A DNA stretch of 64,000 bases, taken from sequence record SRR22947725_1140. One strand, 5' to 3'. The notes below the pieces were generated by a model, which did no database searches, had not been told where the DNA came from, and saw only the letters and a program-made list of their open reading frames with translations. Below are positions 1 through 9,727 of the stretch, piece by piece. Each line of letters starts with the position of its first letter. The first letter of the stretch is position 1. Both the position numbers and the translations under genes were made by a program.

Positions 1-342
1 AGCCCGCGCGACTGACTGGGTTTCATCAAAAAGATATGGGAACGGAAAATTATTAGTAATGGCTAGTTTTTTCATATTTTCAAATGAATCGAGTGGATAA
101 GTCTTCACATCATTAGAGGAAATGGCTACAACCCCTATCCCTTTATTAGAAAGATCTCTTGATACTTTTATAATTCTATCCAATGCACTCAAAACATAGG
201 GGCAATGATTGCAGATAAACATCACTAAAAGACCATTTTCTTTAAGTAAAACGTCTCGCGTATACAATTTCATTTCTGTACTGCGCAGCTCAAAATTTGG
301 GGCCATCCAATCAAAGTCACAGATTTTTTTCGCTTTAATCAT
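1..342 (-). CDS. Thioredoxin-fold / AhpC-TSA (PRX-like) family protein, partial (C-terminus runs off the window start)
   Basis: Not in the ORF track. Translated by hand from ATG at 342: MIKAKKICDFDWMAPNFEL...LLVMFICNHCPYV...VAISSND..YPLDSFENM...FPFPYLFDETQSVAR. The CNHCPYV redox motif is typical of this family. Confidence 0.88.
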   Translation of the reverse strand, partial: MIKAKKICDFDWMAPNFELRSTEMKLYTRDVLLKENGLLVMFICNHCPYVLSALDRIIKVSRDLSNKGIGVVAISSNDVKTYPLDSFENMKKLAITNNFPFPYLFDETQSVARA

Positions 343-362
343 TTTTGAGATTTCTCAATCTA

Positions 363-1058
363 TTATTTAACTAAGCCTAACTCAGCTGCATTTCTCAACG
401 CTCTTATATTAGAGCCATAAATATTCGGGTTATCAACCGAACCTCCTTTGAAAACAGCTGAGCCAGCTACCAAAACATCTGCCCCTGCCGCCGATACTAA
501 TGGAGCTGTCTCTACTGTAACCCCCCCATCAACTTGAATATGAATTGGACGATCACCAATCATTTTTGAGATTTTAACTATTTTATTAATTTGAGATTTT
601 ATAAATTTTTGACCACCAAATCCCGGATTTACGGTCATAACACAAATAAGATCCACCATATCTAACAAAAACTCTATCTCTTCTATACCAGTTGCCGGAT
701 TTAACGCCACACCAGCCTTAGCACCACTAGCCCTAATGGCTTGAAGGGTTCGGTGGATATGAGGGTCTGCTTCGACATGTGCAGTAATTATATCCGCACC
801 ACTACTCGCAAAGCTCTCTATATATTTATCAACAGGTGAAATCATCAGATGAACATCCATTACACCTTTGATATGACGCCTCAAAGCCACACAGGTCTCC
901 GGTCCAAACGTAATGTTTGGAACGAAGTGACCGTCCATGACATCAATATGAACCCAATCACAACCTTGTGCTTCTATTGCGACACACTCAGCCCCAAAGT
1001 TTGCAAAGTCTGCCGCTAGGATTGAAGGTGCAATCTTAATTTCATTTGAAAAATTCAT
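363..1058 (-). CDS. rpe: Ribulose-phosphate 3-epimerase
   Basis: IAPSILAADF, HIDVMDGHFVPN, DVHLM, MTVNPGFGGQKF, VDGG and VAGSA motifs. Confidence 0.97.
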   Translation of the reverse strand: MNFSNEIKIAPSILAADFANFGAECVAIEAQGCDWVHIDVMDGHFVPNITFGPETCVALRRHIKGVMDVHLMISPVDKYIESFASSGADIITAHVEADPHIHRTLQAIRASGAKAGVALNPATGIEEIEFLLDMVDLICVMTVNPGFGGQKFIKSQINKIVKISKMIGDRPIHIQVDGGVTVETAPLVSAAGADVLVAGSAVFKGGSVDNPNIYGSNIRALRNAAELGLVK

Positions 1059-1153
1059 TTTACTTTGTACCTACCTATCGACCAGATTTTGTAAGCTAAA
1101 TTTTGGAACTCAGGTGATATTACCACATCTCAAATATTTACCAAAGCATAAAA

Positions 1154-2221
1154 CTATGGTTTTGTTTCTGGATTCAGACGTCCACTTTCATACTCTTTAG
1201 CCATATCATCCATTGAAATTACATGAATTTTTGATCCATTTCCTGCTGTTTCAAATCTTTCAAACCTGTCAATACAAAGTGACTTCATTTCGTTCATTGC
1301 AGGAACCAAAAATTTCCTAGGATCAAATTCTGACGGATTATCTGTTGCTACTTTCCGAAATTGTCCAGTCATTGCCATACGACAATCTGTATCAATATTT
1401 ACTTTTCTTACCCCCATCTTGATGCCTTTTTCTATTTCTTCTACTGGTACTCCGTAGGTTTGAGGCATGCTACCTCCCGCATCATTAATAAGATCCTGGA
1501 GGTACTGTGGGACAGAAGAAGATCCGTGCATGACTAGATGAGTGGATGGTAACTTTAAGTTTATAGCTTGTATGATAGACATTGCTAAAATGTCTCCATC
1601 AGGCTTCCTACTAAACTTATAAGCTCCATGAGAGGTGCCACAGGCGATCGCTAACGCGTCACACTTGGTTTTTGATACAAAATCAACTGCCTGGTCCGGA
1701 TCAGTAAGAAGTTGTTCTTGACTCAATTTACCTTTGGCCCCTGAGCCATCTTCTATTCCCGCTTCACCTGTCTCTAGAGAACCAAGGACTCCAAGCTCCC
1801 CTTCAACAGATGCCCCGACAGAATGAGCAGACATTGAAACCCGCTTTGTAATATCAACATTATATTCATAAGATGAAGGTGTCCTCATATCAGCTTCAAG
1901 GGATCCGTCCATCATTACACTCGTAAAACCATGCTTTATAGCACTAAGGCATGTAGCCTCATTATTTCCATGATCTTGGTGCAAACATATTGGTACTCTA
2001 GGGTTCATCTCAGCTAAGGCTTGCACCATGCTACGAAGCATAACATCACCCGCATAGGCCCTAGCACCTCGACTTGCCTGCAATATAACGGGCGAGTCAG
2101 TTTGTGCCGCAGCATCAACTATAGCCAAGCCCTGCTCCATATTGTTTATATTAAAAGCTGGAACGCCGTAAGAATGCTCTGCTGCATGATCAAGAAGTTG
2201 ACGCAATGTTATTAAAGCCAT
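1154..2221 (-). CDS. fba: Class II fructose-bisphosphate aldolase, Calvin-cycle (CbbA) subtype
   Basis: [15 protein letters not shown] start (ATG 2221 preferred over the upstream track start), [39 protein letters not shown] and FDPRK motifs. Confidence 0.95.
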   Translation of the reverse strand: MALITLRQLLDHAAEHSYGVPAFNINNMEQGLAIVDAAAQTDSPVILQASRGARAYAGDVMLRSMVQALAEMNPRVPICLHQDHGNNEATCLSAIKHGFTSVMMDGSLEADMRTPSSYEYNVDITKRVSMSAHSVGASVEGELGVLGSLETGEAGIEDGSGAKGKLSQEQLLTDPDQAVDFVSKTKCDALAIACGTSHGAYKFSRKPDGDILAMSIIQAINLKLPSTHLVMHGSSSVPQYLQDLINDAGGSMPQTYGVPVEEIEKGIKMGVRKVNIDTDCRMAMTGQFRKVATDNPSEFDPRKFLVPAMNEMKSLCIDRFERFETAGNGSKIHVISMDDMAKEYESGRLNPETKP

Positions 2222-2322
2222 GTATAGTATTACCCCTTTTTTATATTCAGCTTGAGGAAAGCATATCAAAAAAAATTGATCAAGGTAGTTTTTAAAAAAT
2301 TAAAAGTTTCATTTAAAAGACA

Positions 2323-2338
2323 GTAACCTTTACGTAAA
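2323..2338. promoter_or_regulatory. Candidate operator GTAACCTTTACGTAAA (LiuR/MerR-like box) upstream of fba
   Basis: Contains the perfect palindrome TTTACGTAAA (2329-2338) and matches 13/16 positions of the LiuR-type consensus TTTACGTwwACGTAAA. Lies in the 139-bp fbp-fba spacer. Confidence 0.3.
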
Positions 2339-2360
2339 CAAGTCCAAATTTCGAATAATT

Positions 2361-3323
2361 CTAAATTTCTTTTATCACTTTGATTAAACGCAAAATCTCG
2401 TCTTCAGAACCAAAACAAAACGGAGTTCGCACATGTAACGAATTCGGGACAATATCTAATATTGGAATATTTCCATCAACTGCCAGCCCTCCGGCCTGTT
2501 CAATCAAATAAGCGATGGGGGCGCACTCATAAACCATACGTAATCTACCATTTTCATATCCTTTTCTCCCATCTTCTGGATATAAGAAAACTCCACCTCT
2601 TACTAAAATTCGATGTGTCTCTGCTACTAGTGAAGCTATCCATCGCATATTATAATTTTTGTTAAATGGGCCTCTTTCACCTAAGTTACAATTCTTAATG
2701 TATTCTGAAAATGTATTAGGCCAGTGTCGCATGTTAGAGGAATTTATTGCATACTCCTGGGAAGTTTTCGTAATGGAAAAAGATTGATCAACTCGAATAA
2801 ATTTTTCTTGAGATCTATCTAAAACAAAGTAATTTATTCCATTGCCAATTGAAAAAACTAAAGAAGTCTGGGGACCAAATATAACATACCCTGCAGCTAA
2901 CAAATCACTACCTTTCCTTAAAAAACTAGCGTTAGCATCTTCTTTTGCGGGGTAAATCCCAAAAATTGTACCAATTGATACGTTTGAGTTTATATTTGAC
3001 GACCCATCTAGTGGATCAATAGCTAAGGCCAAACTACCCTCAGCCTTCATTGCTAAAACCTCTTCTTGTTCTTCAGATGCGTACCACCTAACATCCGTGG
3101 AAATTAATGCACTCACGTACGCCTCATCAGCTATAATGTCTAAAGCTTTTTGTCCGTCACCATCTGAGTTTTTACCTACTTTCGTATCAAGTCCACCACT
3201 AATAGGACTAACAGAAATTATGTCAGATAGATCTCTTGCTACAATAGCAATTTTTTCTAATACATCTCTTAATTTAGGTGGAATATTAATATCTTTTAGA
3301 TTTATGGTTGTCTCATCAGGCAT
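2361..3323 (-). CDS. fbp: Class 1 fructose-1,6-bisphosphatase (CbbF-like)
   Basis: DGQKALD, ASEE, IDPLDGSSN..NVSIGTIF, NMRWIASLVAETHRILVRGGVFLYP and GRLRMVYEC motifs. Confidence 0.95.
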   Translation of the reverse strand: MPDETTINLKDINIPPKLRDVLEKIAIVARDLSDIISVSPISGGLDTKVGKNSDGDGQKALDIIADEAYVSALISTDVRWYASEEQEEVLAMKAEGSLALAIDPLDGSSNINSNVSIGTIFGIYPAKEDANASFLRKGSDLLAAGYVIFGPQTSLVFSIGNGINYFVLDRSQEKFIRVDQSFSITKTSQEYAINSSNMRHWPNTFSEYIKNCNLGERGPFNKNYNMRWIASLVAETHRILVRGGVFLYPEDGRKGYENGRLRMVYECAPIAYLIEQAGGLAVDGNIPILDIVPNSLHVRTPFCFGSEDEILRLIKVIKEI

Positions 3324-3538
3324 AACGGAATTTTCCTAAACTATTAAGAAATATTAAAATTATCATAACACATGTATCAGAACTAGTTGAATAGGTAATT
3401 TAGAGACATTTAATCTATATTAAATAATGTGCTAAAATTAATATTTTGATTAGTGCTGTTTCTGGTTGCACCTCAATCCATTATTCGCCAAATAATATAT
3501 AGGATTTATTTTATCTAAAGTAATTCAAAGGATTAATT

Positions 3539-4582
3539 ATGTTAAACATTAGTACACAAATCATTCACCTTCATAAGCGTTTCCCATTAGCTATAAGTAG
3601 AGGCATAATGACCGGCTCAGATAACCTTTTTATTCATGTAGAAGAAAATGGTATTACAGGTATTGGCGAGATGGCTCCGGGGTCAACTGAAGGTGCACAA
3701 ACTCCTCAAGAGGGGGCAAAAATGCTATCTGATTTTTGTGCAAGTGAAAAGAGTTCTAATTCAATCCAAGAAACTTATGATAACGCTATGGGAGCAGGTG
3801 TAGCAGCATGTGCCGTGGCAGCTCTAGACATGGCCCTATGGGATTTGAGAGCAAAACAAGCTGGTCTTCCATTATATAAACTACTCGGCTTATCTAGAAA
3901 TGTCGTACCAACTTCAGTAACTGTAGGGATTAACCCACCGGAAGTTGTTAGAGAAAGAATACCACTATTACTAGACGGAACCGGTGTCAAAGCTCTCAAA
4001 GTTAAACTAGGGTCTCCAGATGGTTTAGATGCTGATCAAGCGATGTTTTCTGCGGTGCTAGAAATGACAGAAAACCGTTCTACTGTTATAAGAGTTGATG
4101 CAAACGGAGGCTGGACAGTACCCGAAGCAAAAAAAATGATGCAATGGCTGGCAGATCGTGGAGTAGAATACATCGAACAACCACTCAAAAAAGGTGAAGA
4201 GGATGGTCTAATTCACCTGTTCAAGGATCGCCCACTACCTATCTACGTCGATGAAAGTTGTAGAGTATCATCAAACATTCCCAGCTTTGCCGATCGAGTA
4301 GATGGAGTAAATCTGAAGTTAATGAAGTGCGGTGGAATTACCGAAGCTCTTAGAATTGTAAGCACAGCTAGGGCATTTGGTCTAAAAACTATGATTGGCT
4401 GTATGGGAGAAAGCTCAGTATCTATCGCTGCAGGGGCTTCAATAGGCTCTTTGTTTGATTATATTGACCTTGATTCTCACTTAAATTTAGACCCAGACCC
4501 CTGTAGTGGTGCGGAAATGACAGATGGAAAAATCTTGCCAACTAATAATCTAGGTCATGGGGGAGGTATTTTAAATGCTTAA
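3539..4582 (+). CDS. Enolase-superfamily dipeptide epimerase / N-acetyl-D-Glu racemase-like (DgcA/AEE family)
   Basis: KVK catalytic Lys, DANGG, EQP and DES metal ligands, KLMK second Lys, and the DLD motif of dipeptide epimerases. Confidence 0.88.
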   Translation: MLNISTQIIHLHKRFPLAISRGIMTGSDNLFIHVEENGITGIGEMAPGSTEGAQTPQEGAKMLSDFCASEKSSNSIQETYDNAMGAGVAACAVAALDMALWDLRAKQAGLPLYKLLGLSRNVVPTSVTVGINPPEVVRERIPLLLDGTGVKALKVKLGSPDGLDADQAMFSAVLEMTENRSTVIRVDANGGWTVPEAKKMMQWLADRGVEYIEQPLKKGEEDGLIHLFKDRPLPIYVDESCRVSSNIPSFADRVDGVNLKLMKCGGITEALRIVSTARAFGLKTMIGCMGESSVSIAAGASIGSLFDYIDLDSHLNLDPDPCSGAEMTDGKILPTNNLGHGGGILNA

Positions 4583-5621
4583 AGCGAACCAAAAGTTAGC
4601 GTTATTTTGTGAGGCCACAATGGGTCAACCCAACACTAAAATGGCGGAGGGGATTTTAAGATATGGACCAAATGAGTGTGTTGCTGTCATAGATAGTAAA
4701 GCGGCTGGCAAAAGTCTAAAAGATTTTTGGAAATTAGATACCAACTTACCTATCGTCGGCACACTTAACGAAGCTATTGCCCTAGGCGCAGAAGTGTTAG
4801 TTCTAGGAACAGCACCATCCGGAGGTCGCCTTCCCGAATCGTGGAAGGAAGTAATTCTCCAAGCTCTTGATGCTGGACTGTCCGTAGTTAATGGGCTTCA
4901 CGATAAGCTTCAGCCAGTTTTTTCTGATAAATTAAAATTAGATCAATGGATCTGGGATCTCAGAACACCGGTTGGTGACTTACCACAAATTGGAGGCGCA
5001 AGGGCTGCTGACTTAAACAATACAAGAGTATTGATGGTCGGAACTGACATGGCAATTGGAAAAATGACTGCCGGTTTAGAAATCTATAAACACTTAAAAG
5101 ATAATAACCATAACGTAAACTTTCTGGCAAGCGGACAAACTGGTGTGGCCATAATGGGCGCTGGAATTCCTCTAGATGCCTATAGCGTTGATCATGCAGG
5201 GGGAGCAGTTGAAAGAATGGTCCTAGAATCCTCTAAAAACGATATAGTAATCGTTGAGGGTCAAGGATCCTTACTACATCCTGGAAGTACAGCGACACTA
5301 CCACTAATTCGTGGAACTTGTCCTACACATATGATTCTCTGCCATAGAGCAAAGATGACACATCTCGATACAATTAGGAAAAACTCAGAGAATTTAATAA
5401 AGGTTCCACCAATCAAAGATGTTATAGCATTGAATGAGGCCGTCGCTTCTGCGGCAGGGGCTCTCTTTAAAAGTAAGGTTGTAGGTATCTGTCTGAATAC
5501 AAGAGAACTAGATGAAACATCTGCCCATGCTGAAATTGAGAAACTCGAAGCTGAAAGTGGTTTACCTGTTCAGGATCCAGTACGATTTGGTGCCGCCAAG
5601 ATCGCTAACACTTTAATCTAA
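4575..5621 (+). CDS. DUF1611 family protein (DgcN-like D-glutamate N-acetyltransferase)
   Basis: VVNGLH, GTDMAIGKMT P-loop-like motif, SGQTG, VEGQGSLLHP and DPVRFGA. Overlaps the epimerase by 8 bp, the usual pairing. Confidence 0.88.
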   Translation: MLKANQKLALFCEATMGQPNTKMAEGILRYGPNECVAVIDSKAAGKSLKDFWKLDTNLPIVGTLNEAIALGAEVLVLGTAPSGGRLPESWKEVILQALDAGLSVVNGLHDKLQPVFSDKLKLDQWIWDLRTPVGDLPQIGGARAADLNNTRVLMVGTDMAIGKMTAGLEIYKHLKDNNHNVNFLASGQTGVAIMGAGIPLDAYSVDHAGGAVERMVLESSKNDIVIVEGQGSLLHPGSTATLPLIRGTCPTHMILCHRAKMTHLDTIRKNSENLIKVPPIKDVIALNEAVASAAGALFKSKVVGICLNTRELDETSAHAEIEKLEAESGLPVQDPVRFGAAKIANTLI

Positions 5622-5679
5622 AACAAACCAAGCTTTATAATTAAATTACTTTAATAGTCTTGTTTGCAATATTAGCGTG

Positions 5680-6966
5680 TTAAGTCCCGTGCTTATTTGG
5701 TGAGGAAAGCTTATCTCTTAGTTTATAATAGTTCATAGCAAGTGGAAGAAACCAAGGGTCTCCTTTATAAAATGGAAGTGTCCAAAATTTTTGATCCGAG
5801 AAAACAGTTTCGGCATTTTCAGCAAGAATCATACCTGCAGCTTTTTGTCCTAACCAGCGAGCCCAGACTGTACCTGAACCACAAAAACCTGCCGGATAAA
5901 TAACACCGTCATGTATTGCTATTTTTGGCAATTGATCAAACGGAAAGGCCACATTCCCAAACCAATGATGGGATATCTTTGTATCTTTAAGTTGAGGTAA
6001 AATCCCCAATAAACCAGCCTTAAGCCTTTCTCTTGATTCGATTATATTTGACGAAAGACGGCGTCCGCCGAGTAATATTCGCTTACCATCAGGGGATGGA
6101 CGATAGTAGTGCCCTAATTCTAAAGACTCTCCAAACATAGTTTTCTTTGGCATCAAATGACTCACAAAGTTTTCTCCTAATTCTTCGGTCGCAATAATTT
6201 CTGAAACTACGGGAATAAGACGTCTCCTCAACCAAGGAAGCTCTTTCCCGGTGTAGGCATTTGTAGCTACTATTAAGTGCTCTGATGTTATTGTACCACG
6301 ATGGGTTTGGATCTTAAAACTTTGCCCAACCCTTTTTATATTTTCACCAGCTGTCTGTGAAAATATTTTTACTTTATCCCTAACAGCCACTCTAATCATT
6401 TCGTGAAGTAACTTGCTTGGGTGAATACCCCCAATATCTGGACGAAAAGTGCCAGACTTATATTTAGAGCTGTCAATATAATCAGTTACCCCTTTTGCAT
6501 CAGTTACAGTAGTTTGAATTCCAAAATTTTCATAAAATTTATCTGCATCTCTTTTGAGCTCATCCAAAGAAGTTTTATCAGGAATACCAAGAAATCTCCC
6601 AACCAGATTAAAATCACAGTCTAGTTTCTCTTGCTCAATAAAGTCGTACAAATCTTGTCGGGCAGCTATAGCTTCTACCTGAAATTGTTTCGCTTTCTCC
6701 GAACCGAATCGACGAACAAGATCTTTATTAGAAGGCCTAAGATTCCCACTCGTTATTCCACCGTTTCGAGCAGCCGCACCCTCACCTAAATTATTTTTTT
6801 CTAAAATTACTACACTATGTCCAGCTCGAGCCAAAGGAATTGCCGCTCCCAAACCGGTGAACCCACAGCCAATTACCACGACATCGACGTGATCTATCCA
6901 GCTAGTTTCAGGTGATTTTATGGGAGCTTTAGCATCCCACCAAAAAGGTTTATCATTAACTTCCAT
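5680..6966 (-). CDS. FAD-dependent oxidoreductase, DadA/DAO (PuuB-like) family
   Basis: VVVIGCGFTG Rossmann motif, GAAARNGG, IVATNAY, YYRPSPDGKRILLGG and GFCGSG. ATG 6966 follows GGAAAG; alternative TTG start at 6978. Confidence 0.85.
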   Translation of the reverse strand: MEVNDKPFWWDAKAPIKSPETSWIDHVDVVVIGCGFTGLGAAIPLARAGHSVVILEKNNLGEGAAARNGGITSGNLRPSNKDLVRRFGSEKAKQFQVEAIAARQDLYDFIEQEKLDCDFNLVGRFLGIPDKTSLDELKRDADKFYENFGIQTTVTDAKGVTDYIDSSKYKSGTFRPDIGGIHPSKLLHEMIRVAVRDKVKIFSQTAGENIKRVGQSFKIQTHRGTITSEHLIVATNAYTGKELPWLRRRLIPVVSEIIATEELGENFVSHLMPKKTMFGESLELGHYYRPSPDGKRILLGGRRLSSNIIESRERLKAGLLGILPQLKDTKISHHWFGNVAFPFDQLPKIAIHDGVIYPAGFCGSGTVWARWLGQKAAGMILAENAETVFSDQKFWTLPFYKGDPWFLPLAMNYYKLRDKLSSPNKHGT

Positions 6967-7020
6967 GAAACTTTCCAATTATGGCAATTTGGTTCAATGA
7001 AAAAACTTACTTCCTTATTA

Positions 7021-7746
7021 TTAAACCCAAAATGCCTTTTCTAAGTCCTTAAAGTCATCCGCTGGACCTTCAAACTTATTTCTTCCTAATTCCAAAACAT
7101 AAACATAATCTGAAATTTTTAAAGCCTGCCTAATTTCTTGATCAACAATAAGTATGGTCAAATTATCTCTGTCCCTTAGATCAGTAAGCATCCCATAAAC
7201 TTCTTCTGCCAACATTTTAGACAGCCCGGCAGTAGGTTCATCAATTAACATCATTTTAGGGTCTGCCATCAAAGTCCGACCAATTTCAACCATTCGTTGC
7301 TGACCGCCGCTTAGCTCTCCAGTAATCTGTTTTCTCTTCTCTTTTAAAACAGGAAAACGTTCATAATTTATTTCAATTTTTTCTTTGACTTGCTTTTTAT
7401 CGTTTCGAAAAGTCCAACCACCTAATTCTAAGTTAGCCTCTACTGTCATATCTTTAAAAACACCAGGTTGTTGAGGAATGTATGCTAAACCCTTAAGAAT
7501 TTTCTTATAAGTGGGAATGTTGACAATACTTTCACCCTCTAAAAGAACTTCTCCAGCATTCGGTGTTAAAAATCCAAATATAGCTTTTAGGGCAGTAGAC
7601 TTTCCAACACCATTAGCTCCAAGTATAGCAGTTATTTTATTTTTTCGAGCCTTGATATTTAAATTTTGTAATATATTCAGATCTTTATAATAACCTACGT
7701 CAAGAGCCTTAGTCTCAAGTATAATGGGAACATCTATTTTGCTCAT
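7021..7746 (-). CDS. Liv-type (HAAT) ABC transporter ATP-binding protein, LivF-like
   Basis: Walker A GANGVGKST, LSGGQQRM, IDEPTAGL and YVYVLELG. Confidence 0.92.
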   Translation of the reverse strand: MSKIDVPIILETKALDVGYYKDLNILQNLNIKARKNKITAILGANGVGKSTALKAIFGFLTPNAGEVLLEGESIVNIPTYKKILKGLAYIPQQPGVFKDMTVEANLELGGWTFRNDKKQVKEKIEINYERFPVLKEKRKQITGELSGGQQRMVEIGRTLMADPKMMLIDEPTAGLSKMLAEEVYGMLTDLRDRDNLTILIVDQEIRQALKISDYVYVLELGRNKFEGPADDFKDLEKAFWV

Positions 7747-7778
7747 TTCTTTATCCAATTCCTTTTATAGACTTAGTA

Positions 7779-8510
7779 CTAATCTTCTTCATCATCTGAG
7801 CCTAAGTAAGCCTCAATAACAGTTGGGTCATTCTTGACCACATCAGGTGTTCCATCTGCTATCAAATCACCATAGTTTAGAACAAGTAACCTTTTACAAA
7901 GAGAGAAAATTGAATCCATCTGGTGACTAATAAGAATTATTGCCGTTCCATCGTTATTAACACGCTCGATATACTTATAAATAATTTCCATTAATTTTGG
8001 ATGAACACCTGCAAAAGGTTCATCTAAAATAATTACATCTGGGTTTAACATTAGAAGACGTCCGAGCTCTAGTAGTTTTTGTTGTCCTCCTGAAAGAGAT
8101 TTCGCATATTCATTTCTAAGATGGTCGACTGTTAAAAACTCAAGAACTTCCATTGCCTTGTCATCTATCTCAGATCTACTCAAACCTTGATCTAGAGCTA
8201 ATGCTGGAACCATTAAATTTTCTAATACTGTCATCCGTCTAAAAGATCGTGTGACTTGGAAAGTCCTTCCTAAACCATGGCGAGCCACTTCAAACGGCTG
8301 CAGCTGATCTATTCGGTTTCCTCCTAAATAAACAGTCCCACTATTAGGTTTTATTGCTCCATCTAAGACATTTGTCAGTGTTGTTTTGCCTGCACCATTT
8401 GGTCCAATCAAACCTATTAACTCAGGACCATTTATTTCAAATGATACACCCTTCAGTACGTGCAGACCACCAAAGTTTTTCTTTAAATCTTTTACAACGA
8501 GATTAATCAT
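7779..8510 (-). CDS. Liv-type ABC transporter ATP-binding protein, LivG-like
   Basis: KNFGGL, GLIGPNGAGKTT, GRTFQ, LSGGQQKLLE, LDEPFAG and VIEAYLG. Confidence 0.92.
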   Translation of the reverse strand: MINLVVKDLKKNFGGLHVLKGVSFEINGPELIGLIGPNGAGKTTLTNVLDGAIKPNSGTVYLGGNRIDQLQPFEVARHGLGRTFQVTRSFRRMTVLENLMVPALALDQGLSRSEIDDKAMEVLEFLTVDHLRNEYAKSLSGGQQKLLELGRLLMLNPDVIILDEPFAGVHPKLMEIIYKYIERVNNDGTAIILISHQMDSIFSLCKRLLVLNYGDLIADGTPDVVKNDPTVIEAYLGSDDEED

Positions 8511-9727
8511 TATGCAGACTCCTCGTTGCTGTCTGAAACTTTCCTCTTAGCAACGGTCTCATCGGCAACGTGACCTCTTAAGAAGTAATTAATTATTGGT
8601 GCAATTATACCGTTTCTAGAAAGTCTAAGGGTTATCATAAGGAGTGCACCAAAGATAACCAATCTCCATACTGTCATATCAACTTCTACACCGATTAACG
8701 GTACATCAAAGCTCGTTCGAAGTGTTTCCAACGTAAACTCAATAATAATAGCACCTATCGCTGCCGCAAATATATTCTCTATCCCAGCAATAACAGCCAT
8801 GGAAACCACCAAGCTCATCTGTAGTATCATTAAATTATTTGGCGAAATTATTCCTATGTAGTGTGCAAAAAATGCACCTGCTGCCGCTGCCATCATTGAG
8901 GTTATTACAAAAAGCATTACCTTATATTTCGTTGTATTAACACCTAATGCTGCGGCTGCGTCTTGGTCCTCTCTAAGGGCTCGAATAAATAACCCAAACT
9001 TAGATTGAGCTAACCAATAAAGGACTCCTAAACAGAAAAATAATAAAAAAAGCATTACAAAATATGGGGGTAAGGGATCTGTTTTGTCAAAATGACGACC
9101 AAAAATAGTAATACCATTTTCAAAAAGCTTAGGTAGTTCTAGACCAGCTTGTCCACGGGTAATGTCGAGCTCAGAGCTAATAACTGCTCTTAATATTTCA
9201 GTAAACCCTAATGTGAAGAGCGCAAGATACGCTGCTCGCAAAGGCAAAACTAACAAACCTATAAGAAGACCAAATAATCCTCCCATAGCTATTCCAAGTA
9301 TTATCCCAAGCCATACTGGCATAGGGGTGACTTCTACACTACCATCCCAAATAGACATAGCCTCTCTTAGGCAGTCCTGAACCAAAGTTGACGAAGTAAT
9401 TCCAATCGGGTTCACAATAACTAAATACTGACTCCCTAAGGCAAACTCTGTACAAATATTTGTCGCTTCGGGTGAGAGGTATATATAATGACAAAAAAGA
9501 GCCGTAGTATACGCACCAATGCCCGTGAACCCCATATGACCAAATGAAAACTGTCCTCCATACCCGGCGAGCATCGACCAACTAGAGGTTAGTATAGCGT
9601 AAAAGAACCCAGCGATCATTATGTGCATTACGTAAGGGTAATTATTAGCTGTATAAATGAACGGAAATATCATTAAGAATGATATTATTATCACGCCTAC
9701 AATTAATGGTGCCTGTTGTTTGTTCAT
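8510..9727 (-). CDS. Liv-type ABC transporter permease, LivM-like, with internal insertion
   Basis: GYGGQFSFGH, YLALFTLGF and RALREDQDAAAALGVN motifs; multiple TM segments. Confidence 0.9.
   Translation of the reverse strand: MNKQQAPLIVGVIIISFLMIFPFIYTANNYPYVMHIMIAGFFYAILTSSWSMLAGYGGQFSFGHMGFTGIGAYTTALFCHYIYLSPEATNICTEFALGSQYLVIVNPIGITSSTLVQDCLREAMSIWDGSVEVTPMPVWLGIILGIAMGGLFGLLIGLLVLPLRAAYLALFTLGFTEILRAVISSELDITRGQAGLELPKLFENGITIFGRHFDKTDPLPPYFVMLFLLFFCLGVLYWLAQSKFGLFIRALREDQDAAAALGVNTTKYKVMLFVITSMMAAAAGAFFAHYIGIISPNNLMILQMSLVVSMAVIAGIENIFAAAIGAIIIEFTLETLRTSFDVPLIGVEVDMTVWRLVIFGALLMITLRLSRNGIIAPIINYFLRGHVADETVAKRKVSDSNEESA

Noticed and set aside
363..3323. Evidence of autotrophy (functional Calvin cycle)
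   Set aside because: No phosphoribulokinase or RuBisCO in the window; the three enzymes present also serve heterotrophic metabolism.
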